NCBI GenBank assembly: GCA_947626855.1
Contig: CANQTT010000002.1
Location: 1-54,179 of the forward strand
DNA: 54,179 nt
DNA from: an uncultured Bacilli bacterium
GTDB lineage: Bacteria > Bacillota_I > Bacilli_A > RF39 > UBA660
Direction: 5' to 3'
In this document: positions 32,301-39,363 of the stretch, piece after piece
Layout: each line of letters opens with the position of its first letter
Numbering within the stretch: the first letter of the stretch is position 1
The notes under the pieces: model-generated
Seen by the model: the letters and a program-made list of their open reading frames with translations, nothing else
The model's database searches: none
Told to the model about the DNA's origin: nothing
Program-made: the position numbers and the translations under genes

Positions 32301-33620
32301 GATAACTTCTTTATTATTCTCAATATCTGTTACAACAATAGTTCCATCTAGGAAAGCATTATCAACATCTTCTAATTGGAAATTAAAAGTATTTTCCTCA
32401 TCATTGACATCAAACATATCCACATAAGGCTTCTCTTTTAAAATCTCCTTAACAATAGAAAGTGTTGTATTTACTTCCCGATTGTTTGCTAAAAGAACCT
32501 TGGTAATCTTAAATTCATGAACACCTGGTTTTGTAGGAGTATTTAAAGTCACGCTATACGTATTATTTTGATAAGTAACTGGATAATATTCTCCATCTAT
32601 TTCTATTTTTTGAATGGTTTCATTTAGTGTTACTTCCGCTTTAAACTCAAAAGTAATTTCGCCCTTCTTTACGAAAATACCACTTGGATTTTTTTCACTT
32701 AGAGCAACTTTATAATCTACTTCTTTTGTTGTATGTTCTGTACTACCAGCTGCATCTTGAATATCTACCTTACCATCATTATTGATATCATAATCTGTTT
32801 CGTTTTTCTTTTCTTCTGTTTTCGTTCCTTGCATGTCAATAAGGTATTTAATAATTTCTTCGGCATCTTCATACGTATTTTTTCCGTCTTTATTAACATC
32901 CTTTTTCTTATCGTTAGAAACCACTAAAAAGCTAGCAACCGCTACACAAACAACCGTGGCTCCCACTAATATTATAATAAGAATCTTATTCCCCTTTTTC
33001 GTAGCCAAAAGATAAAGAACACCTAACGCAAGAACTCCACCTACTAGGAAAAGTCCCATCACAATTGGCTTATTGGTAGAAACTTTGACCGGTTCTTCTT
33101 CTTGCTCTTCTATTTTATTTTCTGAATTACTAGGAGCAATCTCTCCATCTAAAGCATCCCTAGTAACCAAAAGCCTTGTCGTCGTTTTTTCAAATTCAAC
33201 AACACTATCTGCATCAGAAGAAGAAATATTGGTAAGAGCGATATTGGTATAACCGACATTGGCATCCTTTTTTACACGCAAATGAATTTGAAAGAGATTT
33301 TCATCGATCTCTCCTGATTTATTCATAACCCCAAATTTATGATTTTCTGGATTATAAAGAACACTGATATTAGGATTTTCTGCCTCGAAATCAGTATCAT
33401 CAAGAATTTCAAATACATTTTGATCATAACTAAAAGTAGCTGTCAAAGCATATAATTTCATACTTTTTGGCAACTTCGCCGTTACTAAAATCTCATCGCC
33501 TACTTCTAATTCCTTCTTATTAATCTCCAAAAGAATTTGTTCTTTTGCCGAAACTCCTACTGGCAATAGTAAGAGTACTAATAAAAATAATAAAATTTTT
33601 TGAGAAAAAATCTTTTTCAT
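26379..33620 (-). CDS. giant (2413 aa) surface protein: signal peptide, cohesin-like domain, TM hairpin, dockerin-like repeats, about 10 Ig-like repeats, ZmpA/B/C (M26)-like metalloprotease
   Basis: Signal peptide ...GVSA/KE. aa 185-234 form two hydrophobic helices. aa 241-291: DVNKDGKNTYEDAEEIIKYL and DINNDGKVDIQDAA (dockerin EF-hand pair). FTGTLNGNGYKIKNLNKPLF ... VENIRFENVVL (Zmp-type region). HTWSHESAHNID HExxH at 27519-27533. Confidence 0.85.
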   Translation of the reverse strand: MKKIFSQKILLFLLVLLLLPVGVSAKEQILLEINKKELEVGDEILVTAKLPKSMKLYALTATFSYDQNVFEILDDTDFEAENPNISVLYNPENHKFGVMNKSGEIDENLFQIHLRVKKDANVGYTNIALTNISSSDADSVVEFEKTTTRLLVTRDALDGEIAPSNSENKIEEQEEEPVKVSTNKPIVMGLFLVGGVLALGVLYLLATKKGNKILIIILVGATVVCVAVASFLVVSNDKKKDVNKDGKNTYEDAEEIIKYLIDMQGTKTEEKKNETDYDINNDGKVDIQDAAGSTEHTTKEVDYKVALSEKNPSGIFVKKGEITFEFKAEVTLNETIQKIEIDGEYYPVTYQNNTYSVTLNTPTKPGVHEFKITKVLLANNREVNTTLSIVKEILKEKPYVDMFDVNDEENTFNFQLEDVDNAFLDGTIVVTDIENNKEVINEKIKKENHFHYDFEKETTYTVEVYADYDLDSGELEEQTGIDNFHEEELIYDHHFMINSDYDFKISDVTITDVVEKDSAPVITFKSTNKENYPVSYIVVGDKEYDVTAIREDSSYEVVLTGLNTSTYGKYYLDIDSVVLDNLKKFEREKDYQQNSLTYNVLKHAPIVDNIEIINQEEEKQVLVSYQVHDDDHTMKKLTAVLVDSTDKVLDSQEISREGTFTLSYKGNSDGRYRVKFLSDYNLGTDRHDYVGMNVGEESILTQMDIYVEASTVTTPFPVKGQPKYTITYKVFVSDNFKKDHDYNELAGVTINGLNYDGNKQSGEYTSAISFTVPSESGVLDLQVDRVKLRKETYQGNSHAFFSVTPHITQIDVLKDKPTIENLEILEEDYDKGTVTFKFTVTTDKGGLEEGEVVLGEQKYPIQSGENEVTFTEVPTDEALELNFYGTYDLDTNTLKDVDDSKNSYTHELLTTVPYGLYEDSLYQEIALTEIEAISKNEDSYFEKKEDITLRFSAHLPADLDFDIAKVIINNKEYPVEKLEDEFYVTVDGYTTSGIKKIEIEEIVLSSGKKVKLTTPITVSVEVLKDAVTIEDFNYELEENNIRLDLSVKDLDSSLVGGAKEGITIAILDEDNHVIDTLPYSDEILLPLQKDILRYYINVYATYDLDISKTDNVHYHSKELLLEENISLDKNSIELKDILDVTLYTEKDGKTIPVEEVEVNTILEHQNDYFLTLTMNQMPTVYAKIKKILTDNNRLVFILDYEYVTQEKAKEKQDIRIDFGEIKNGIVRNEARPETLESFIERVKNNPDGEFTLTHDFDASTISEDTAALIDVDFTGTLNGNGYKIKNLNKPLFNTVNGGTVENIRFENVVLPSNNAKGTIANKAINATIRKVLIDGFTKTGAEGTSGTLFGEALNDTVIEECGITNFTINTAWMTQTIGGVVGYLKDSTIRNTYIVGKMDASWNFVSTFVGNAQGNSTLEGNYSKVNYHNGYATHTCGFACGTTSLVVKDNIDLNTLSGSIPYKFVSSFKESTNNYYLVNNGDSYQAQTGVKLLEQAQVDRSLFEKANFKEEIWNLKNVSYDMTPTLNIEKVSKINVKEVGDAYDENKETLYSNLLRLMPFYDSMKIVESAANIPEDHLLAQQEILHIIPVDASGNVVTYLTTENPKKIQKIRIVFKNNQMLEYSVRYDGIYDMVASYRISDLKIDYTFNHYVIDSNSQLANNLTNYLASLTYEDNLDKLTVTADSRIYREFYYDVTQKELKEFVLKYLSNSNYTNTSNNEAINDYIEKEIKQDQKLEKILYVYNYFRRFYDVEINGMKLYDLVLFSLTGFNEKMTPYDIALEFLSNDQNFKTSETNTAYTRTLSKYTGLDKITDFLAYLVEVFTDQTPSEWYASQFKGYLVELNVEGRPDIQYTLWDHVSSKDTNTGVAWYNYVLPIATLPENAAYVISTPVQFIIGSQRTYMVNPEDPVQREKFVKKVQSYAVRMKDYYATTAKLITEAKFFNDIHTVQIDKRYAYDENGNLIFQNPETTQEPFHKNFNEVIGQFAYNDYNAATANGAYVIWRVEGVMDGNLLPEEGQTYEYTYHTWSHESAHNIDARLFLKNNGRRFDAGGEDYADSNLMQSFGDGDIVMNLSRHFEKDSKISSNLDITRIDSLPEIWDFYQKLFDTVYILDYLEGQAFLQLSPEEQARLVVQASYPNEKMYEIDDKPYYRNYMTTVYHTIDKDTIQAMNLKTMDDLTKNRLVMYPTVIYSTYIDNRYGGENIYKVRWYQPHNDYGRPDSYSIKWFAYEMLGYAGYEKGYIEYFSNIHSERKTFAKVDSNGDYLYDKNGNKQTTTVDYKTDLMALQTITNDDTMTFDKYKKMRFDEVQDKLEYINILSVDEVYQEFLQALQEDAETVRKAEETAWKQYPGEDKDSENNRNKIISNARKFEKSTEVRRKYFYELKNKTNDFLDSVYNNEKTQTVTVFTEETE

Positions 33621-33692
33621 ATCTAACCTTCACCACACCTATTCAATCCCTTAAAAAGCTTCTATTTTCTCCGCATGTTCGTATTCTAATAC

Positions 33693-33721
33693 ATTTTGGT
33701 TCTATTTTCAATAGTTTTTTT
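33693..33721 (-). promoter_or_regulatory. sigma-A-type promoter upstream of the giant gene
   Basis: Minus strand TTGAAA (33721-33716), 17 nt, TAGAAT (33698-33693), about 70 nt upstream of the ATG. Confidence 0.4.
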
Positions 33722-33818
33722 TCAAATTTATGATTTTTTGGGGGAATTTCTAACCTTTCTACTATCTTCTTCATTGTATCATAAACAAGAAAGAAAATCT
33801 AGAATTCTTCTATTCCAT

Positions 33819-33853
33819 AAAAAAAGTCATATTTTTGTTTTATGACTTTTTTA
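33819..33853 (-). terminator. rho-independent terminator after the 533-aa gene
   Basis: AGTCATA/TATGACT core stem extended by A/T pairs, followed by a U-run on the minus strand. Overlaps the stop codon. Confidence 0.55.
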
Positions 33854-35452
33854 TTGAGAAGCTCTTTTTACCTTGGCCTTATTTCGTTCATACTGACTGT
33901 CTAAATCTTTTTGCATGATTTGAACTTCTTCTTTTTTTGCCTGAAGACGAGATTTTAAGGATTGAATTTGATTCTCTACTTCTTTATATTGAGGAATAAC
34001 AGAGGAATAGGCTTGAAAACGAGCCTTAAATTCTTCTTCAAAACCATCTAATTGATATAAAGAATCATCAATTAAGTTTTCTGTTGTTCTAACAGCATCT
34101 TTACTATTTAAAATTTCTCGTTCAACACTCTGATAGCGATAAGTTACCTCCGTTGTTTGAACAAATTCAGGATTTAAGCTTTCCCGTAACCGACGAATAC
34201 CATTATTGATTAAATGCGTTCCTAACATAATTCCAAATACATGTCTACCACTAAAAGGAACGGTCATAATCCCTGCGGCAATTCTTAAGAAAGAACCAAA
34301 AAGACGTTCTGTGTGATAAACAGTTCTCGTCACTAATTCTACATTGGTAGAAAATTGATTTAACTGCTGTTCTAAATCTTTCATAATTTGAGCTTGTTCA
34401 CGAGCTTCTTTTGCGATATCCTTTTCGACATCATCTAGATACATAACTCCAGATTTATTTTTTTCAAAGGCTTCATCTCTCTCTTGGATTTCTTCTTTCT
34501 TTTCCACAACATCTTCAGCGACACTAATGTTTCTTCTTTCTTCTATCAAAACATCATCAATTTGATCGATTTCTTCTTTACAAGCATCTACCAATAGTTC
34601 TAATTCCTCAAAAGAAGCTTTATCGTGATAATCCTCAATAGCAGACATCATCTCAATACTATCCAAAATCTCGTATTCTTCAAAATCATATTTTTCTTTC
34701 ACAACATCGTATTGAGCTTTTAAATTAGTAACCTTTTGATTGACTGCATCATATTTTTCATCTAATGCTTCGATTTCTTCTTGCGTCTTACTTTCAGGAA
34801 TGGCCTCTTCAATTTCTACTAAATCCTCTTTTATCTCGCCAATTAATTCCTTACTTTCTTCTATAAAATCGGAAAGTTCTGTTAATATTACTTCTTCATC
34901 ATCAACTTTTTCGATTTCTTCTTCCACATCAACTACTTCTGATTCTGGATACTCAGCAATCGCAGGATACTGTTGTAAAACCTCATAATAATCATAATGG
35001 TCAAAATCGAAAACCTCAGTCGTAATATCAATCTCTTCCATTTTCTCACTCATGTCGTGAAGATCCGTCACAGAAGGTTCTGATTCCTTTTCTACTTCTT
35101 GGGCCTTTTGTTCTACCTCTTTTATCTTTGTTTCAAAGGAAGGAGTAAAAGGAATCACTGGTTCTTCATAAGAAATAGATACTGGGATATCTTCTGCCGT
35201 AGAAACGGTATTCCCCTCGGCAGGAGGTGTATTAAATACTTCCTCAACAACCTCTTTATCCTCTTCCTCTAAAGTAGTTACATCAGAGGCAAGATCAAAA
35301 TCTTGAATAGACTGTAAATAGACCTTTTGAGCAGGCTTCTCTTCTTTCTTATAACCCCGTTTCTTTTTTTCCGCTAATTTATATCGTCTTCGATACATCA
35401 TACTAATGAGTCTATCATTAATAGATCCTTTCGCACCTCTTCCTCCGTTCAT
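33851..35452 (-). CDS. hypothetical acidic coiled-coil protein with a membrane hairpin near the C-terminus
   Basis: 533 aa. Basic N-terminus (RRRYKLAEKKKRGYKK), about 300 aa very rich in E/D, a hydrophobic hairpin LFGSFLRIAAGIMTVPFSGRHVFGIMLGTHLI, then a coiled-coil tail. Confidence 0.55.
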   Translation of the reverse strand: MNGGRGAKGSINDRLISMMYRRRYKLAEKKKRGYKKEEKPAQKVYLQSIQDFDLASDVTTLEEEDKEVVEEVFNTPPAEGNTVSTAEDIPVSISYEEPVIPFTPSFETKIKEVEQKAQEVEKESEPSVTDLHDMSEKMEEIDITTEVFDFDHYDYYEVLQQYPAIAEYPESEVVDVEEEIEKVDDEEVILTELSDFIEESKELIGEIKEDLVEIEEAIPESKTQEEIEALDEKYDAVNQKVTNLKAQYDVVKEKYDFEEYEILDSIEMMSAIEDYHDKASFEELELLVDACKEEIDQIDDVLIEERRNISVAEDVVEKKEEIQERDEAFEKNKSGVMYLDDVEKDIAKEAREQAQIMKDLEQQLNQFSTNVELVTRTVYHTERLFGSFLRIAAGIMTVPFSGRHVFGIMLGTHLINNGIRRLRESLNPEFVQTTEVTYRYQSVEREILNSKDAVRTTENLIDDSLYQLDGFEEEFKARFQAYSSVIPQYKEVENQIQSLKSRLQAKKEEVQIMQKDLDSQYERNKAKVKRASQ

Positions 35453-35503
35453 AAAATCACCTAGTCCATTATATCATAAAAAAAGAATGTTAGAAAAACA
35501 TTC

Positions 35504-36046
35504 TCACTTCAAGATTCCAAAACGATTAAAAGGATACAATCTAAGAGAGGTAGTTCCCTCTATCTGCGATTTAGAAATTAAGCCCACTCGGTAATCTCGA
35601 CTATCAGAGGAATTTTGACGATTATCTCCCATAACAAAATAATATCCTTTAGGAATAAATACTCTATCAAAATCATCCGTAATACAAGAAGTTACAAAGT
35701 CTTCTACTTCTTCATCATTAATATATAACTTACAATTCTGATAAGAAATAGACTCTTCTGGTAAGCCAATTACTCTTTTAATAATTTTCGTACCATTCAC
35801 ATTTACAACAACGATATCAAAGCGGTGATAAGAACGATCCAATTTATTTAAAATCAGAATCTCTCCTCCCTTTAAATAAGGATACATAGAAGAACCATTT
35901 ACTTTTACCGGAGTTACTATAAAGGTCCTGATAAAAACAACGACTAAAATAATTACTACATAAGGAATTGCTTCTTTAAGAATTTTAAAAATTCTTGTTT
36001 GTTCCCCATATTTTTCTATCTTATCTTCTTTCATATAATCACCCAT
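35504..36046 (-). CDS. lepB: signal peptidase I
   Basis: NGSSMYP (catalytic Ser), KRVIGLPEE (Lys box), GDNRQNSSDSR. The start could be the second ATG at 36034. Confidence 0.88.
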   Translation of the reverse strand: MGDYMKEDKIEKYGEQTRIFKILKEAIPYVVIILVVVFIRTFIVTPVKVNGSSMYPYLKGGEILILNKLDRSYHRFDIVVVNVNGTKIIKRVIGLPEESISYQNCKLYINDEEVEDFVTSCITDDFDRVFIPKGYYFVMGDNRQNSSDSRDYRVGLISKSQIEGTTSLRLYPFNRFGILK

Positions 36047-36074
36047 TAATAAAATAAGGCTTAATGTCTAAGCC

Positions 36075-36428
36075 TTATACTCTTTCTTTAATCTTTGGTG
36101 TCTTCTTTAATTTTCTGATATGATTTAGTTTAGCACGTCTAACTTTACCTTTTCTAACTACTACAATTTTATCAATAGTTGGAGAATGCACAGGTAATGT
36201 TTTCTCTACACCTACATTTCCAGACATTTTTCGAACTGTAAAAGTTCTACTTACACCAGATCCCTTAATAGCCATAACAAGACCCTCGAATGCCTGAATT
36301 CTAATTTTCTTATTACCTTTAGAATCAACATCTTCAATCTTTAAATCAACACGAACAGTATCACCAACTTGAAAATCAGGAAGATCTGTTCTCATTTGAC
36401 TTTTTGTTATTTTTTCTACTAAATTCAC
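36075..36428 (-). CDS. rplS: 50S ribosomal protein L19
   Basis: 117 aa, canonical L19 (FQVGDTVRV ... RIQAFEG). GTG start at 36428 after AAGGAG. Confidence 0.95.
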   Translation of the reverse strand: MNLVEKITKSQMRTDLPDFQVGDTVRVDLKIEDVDSKGNKKIRIQAFEGLVMAIKGSGVSRTFTVRKMSGNVGVEKTLPVHSPTIDKIVVVRKGKVRRAKLNHIRKLKKTPKIKERV

Positions 36429-36492
36429 AATGTCACGCTCCTTTATCTAAACTATGATCATAGAATCCATCCAGCGGATCACGTCGCTATTC

Positions 36493-36521
36493 ATTTTAAC
36501 ACAGTTTTCTTTTATTTACAA
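36493..36521 (-). promoter_or_regulatory. sigma-A-type promoter for rplS, with a short structured leader (possible L19 leader) downstream
   Basis: Minus strand TTGTAA (36521-36516), 17 nt, TGtTAAAAT (-10 at 36498-36493). The roughly 60-nt leader contains GAUCCGCUGGAUGGAUUC. Confidence 0.4.
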
Positions 36522-36576
36522 GTATTTTGAAAGATTTTACGAGAAAAACAACATTTCCAAGTTTCTTCAAAAACAG

Positions 36577-38640
36577 TTAAGCCTTCCATTCTAATCGTTT
36601 TACTTTAGCAGATTCTACTGTTCCAGTATCTTCTAACAATGCGTTTTTTAAAGAAGAAGTACCTTTTTTATCTGTTAATTCAAATTTACAATTATCTTCT
36701 ACAGTATCTGCATCTAATACAAGACGTCCATATTTTCCAGGATTCATTAAGATTTCCCATCTCGCATTCAAGGTAGAGGTTTCTATAATACTTTTTAAGG
36801 CTCTAGCCCCTGTCTTTAATTGGAATGCTTTCTCCACTACTCTATCTAGGTAACTTTCCGTCCAACAGAGAGTAACCCCTAATTTTTCCATTTTTCTTTG
36901 TTCCGCTAATAAAGCACTACAACTAGAATACAAAAGGATCTGCTTTAAACTAGTAGGCGTTGGTTCCTCTAGAGAAACAATTGTCGCAAATCGTCCCATA
37001 ATTTCATCTGGCATATTGCCATAGTGAATAAAGTCTTCTGCTTCTAGAGATAAATAAGTAGGTTCCTCCTGTTGGGAAAAACTACTAGTAAACCCAATTC
37101 TATGTGAGCGAGAAGTCAAGTTATCCTTCTTTTTCTCAGCAACAACCCTGGTAAAGGCACCGGTTGCAAAGATTGTTAAATGAGACGTATCAAATAAGAC
37201 AGTTGTTCCATTATATTTTACTTCATAGGTTGTACCTTGAATAAACGGTAGTAACATATTTAAAACACCCTTTCCCGAAATGTCACTGTCTTTTTCAGAT
37301 CCTTTTTTATCTAATTCATCAAAAACAACAATACTCTTCTGAGCAAGTTCTAGATTTCCTTTCGTTTTCGTAAGAAGTCTTACCAAATAATCCTCTAATT
37401 TTCTTCCTACATAGCCTTGAACGGTTAATTGGGTGGTATCGACAATTTCAATTGGGATATCCAAATATTTACTAATTGTCTCACAAATTAATGTTTTTCC
37501 ACTTCCTGTTGGTCCTACTAAAAGACAAGCAGTTCTCTCATCTGGCTTCTCCGATAATTGATTTGTAATGAGGGCAGAAATGACGATTTTTTTAGCTTCC
37601 TCCTGCCCGATGATAACTTGATCTAAATATTTTTTCATAGCTCTAGCATCGATGATAGTAGAAGTTGGATTGTCTGAAGAACTGTTGTTTCCTATTCTTG
37701 CATCTTGTACTAATTCATCATAGATGCGAGCAAAGTTTTGAAGATGAGAATTTTCCTTTTCAAAAAATCTTTCCATCTCCTCTTGAATACGATGAACATC
37801 ATTAAGTGCTAGAACGCACTCCAATGTATCCTGTAACGTAAGAAGATATTCCAAGAGGACATCTTCCTCTTTTCTATCTACATCGATAGAAACAAGAGAA
37901 CTAAAAACCAATTCTAAGGCTTCTTCTAAAGAACAAAGTAATTTAGATACCTCTAGGATACTAGTAGATGCTTTTATCCTTCTATTTATTTGTTGCAAAA
38001 AGGCAAGAAAACTTTTTCCTGAGAGTTTTGCGGTCGTTAAAACAGGAATATGATAGATTTCCTCACTTGTAACTCCTTGATAAAAGAGTTGAGAAACTTC
38101 TTCGCCACTTTGTAAAACCTCCGTAAGGGAAGTCCTTAATTGTTGTAAATCCTCAATCTGCAATAAATTTTCTAAATACTGTTTAGATAAAAAAACAGTA
38201 TCCTCACCATCTAAAGGTTCTTCTTTCCAAGAAGATTCTTGCCTACTATCAGTTGATCTTTCGTTTTGAAAGAGCTCTTGTATTCCATAAGACTTTAAAT
38301 AAATTTTAGCTTTTCCTTCCATATAAAAGCCTATATGAATTTGTTCTTGTATTCTATTAAAATATCTTTTACTAGCCTCACTTAAAGTCAATGATGGATA
38401 TTTTTCCTGTAATTGTTGCTCTGAAATGACAAAAGCAACACTTAATGAGCAATCCTCTATCAATGAAAGAATATTGTCAGTAAGACAATAGTGATTTCCT
38501 AATTCATCTTCAAAATATTGATTTTCATTTATTTTGCTAATTTTTCCTGATATGAAATAGCAAGGAAAGTGAAGACTCACATTCTTTTTTAATAAAATTC
38601 TACTCATCAATATTCCATAATATTTTTGTGTTTGTTCCAT
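36577..38640 (-). CDS. ClpX-like AAA+ ATPase with a non-canonical roughly 340-aa N-terminal domain
   Basis: Walker A GPTGSGKT, pore loop GYVG, Walker B VVFDELDK, IGF loop (HRIGFTSS), sensor-2 GARALKSIIE. No C4 zinc-binding N-domain. Confidence 0.75.
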   Translation of the reverse strand: MEQTQKYYGILMSRILLKKNVSLHFPCYFISGKISKINENQYFEDELGNHYCLTDNILSLIEDCSLSVAFVISEQQLQEKYPSLTLSEASKRYFNRIQEQIHIGFYMEGKAKIYLKSYGIQELFQNERSTDSRQESSWKEEPLDGEDTVFLSKQYLENLLQIEDLQQLRTSLTEVLQSGEEVSQLFYQGVTSEEIYHIPVLTTAKLSGKSFLAFLQQINRRIKASTSILEVSKLLCSLEEALELVFSSLVSIDVDRKEEDVLLEYLLTLQDTLECVLALNDVHRIQEEMERFFEKENSHLQNFARIYDELVQDARIGNNSSSDNPTSTIIDARAMKKYLDQVIIGQEEAKKIVISALITNQLSEKPDERTACLLVGPTGSGKTLICETISKYLDIPIEIVDTTQLTVQGYVGRKLEDYLVRLLTKTKGNLELAQKSIVVFDELDKKGSEKDSDISGKGVLNMLLPFIQGTTYEVKYNGTTVLFDTSHLTIFATGAFTRVVAEKKKDNLTSRSHRIGFTSSFSQQEEPTYLSLEAEDFIHYGNMPDEIMGRFATIVSLEEPTPTSLKQILLYSSCSALLAEQRKMEKLGVTLCWTESYLDRVVEKAFQLKTGARALKSIIETSTLNARWEILMNPGKYGRLVLDADTVEDNCKFELTDKKGTSSLKNALLEDTGTVESAKVKRLEWKA

Positions 38641-38675
38641 AAATCCCCCTAAACAAAAAAAGCTTGTGTTTTTTC

Positions 38676-39350
38676 TTAAAACACATTTTGGCTTTTTATG
38701 CTCTTTTTAAAACGATAAAGTTTCGCTGGCTTTTTTCCTTCAAACTTACCAGTGCGATTCGTATCTTCAATTAAATTTAAGCTAAGTAATTTCTTTCGAA
38801 AATTTCTACGATCAAATTTTCGATTTAAGATAGCTTCATACGTCTTTTGAATTTCTGGTAAAGTGAACTCATGAGGGAAAAGAGCCTTCAAAATATCGGT
38901 ACTAACAATTTTACTTTGTAAATATACCAAAGCTTCTTTTAAAATTTCCTCATGATCAAAACCTAAACCTGGAATTTTATCAATGGGAAACCAATCCGCA
39001 TTACTAGTGTTCGTCGTTTCTCTAATGATTTTAACGCGTTTATAATCAATGACACCAATATAGGCAACAGCTATCATTCTCATAACAGGTGAACGATCTA
39101 CTTTTCCAAAAGTATGAAATTGTTCAATCTCGATATTTTCAATTCCAGATTTTTCTAAAATTTCCCTTCTGGCTCCTGCTTCTAAATCTTCATTATTGTA
39201 TAACGCTCCACCCGTTAAAATCCAATCTCCCTTATAGGGTTCATTTTTTCTTTTTACTAAGAGAACTTTGGTTACTCCCTGTTCTACCGTAAAAATAGCT
39301 GTTATAACATGAATCCCTTGATTTTTATATAATGCGTTACTTTTTCTCAT
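38676..39350 (-). CDS. Nudix-domain protein with C-terminal winged-helix domain (NrtR-like regulator)
   Basis: Nudix box GGALYNNEDLEAGARREILEKSGI, with REILEK in place of RExxEE (degenerate). C-terminal FTLPEIQKTYEAILNRKFDRRNFRKKL is typical of the NrtR DNA-binding domain. Confidence 0.65.
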   Translation of the reverse strand: MRKSNALYKNQGIHVITAIFTVEQGVTKVLLVKRKNEPYKGDWILTGGALYNNEDLEAGARREILEKSGIENIEIEQFHTFGKVDRSPVMRMIAVAYIGVIDYKRVKIIRETTNTSNADWFPIDKIPGLGFDHEEILKEALVYLQSKIVSTDILKALFPHEFTLPEIQKTYEAILNRKFDRRNFRKKLLSLNLIEDTNRTGKFEGKKPAKLYRFKKSIKSQNVF

Positions 39351-39363
39351 TTTTTAACATCCC

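Noticed and set aside
32990-33005. Idea that the giant ORF is a fusion of two genes. Residues 1-210 look like a complete signal-peptide/cohesin/C-terminal-anchor protein. The following sequence, TKKGNKILIIILVG..., would look like an N-terminal signal anchor if the ACG (Thr207) were ATG.
   Set aside because: There is no stop codon and no RBS-like sequence upstream of that ACG, and the frame is continuous. A two-helix hairpin within one protein is the simpler reading. I kept it only as a comparison to make against homologues.
25467-39350. Functional link between the ADP-ribosyltransferase and the NrtR-like (ADP-ribose-sensing) regulator
   Set aside because: The genes are about 12 kb apart, separated by housekeeping operons and several terminators. 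Nothing in the sequence supports co-regulation.
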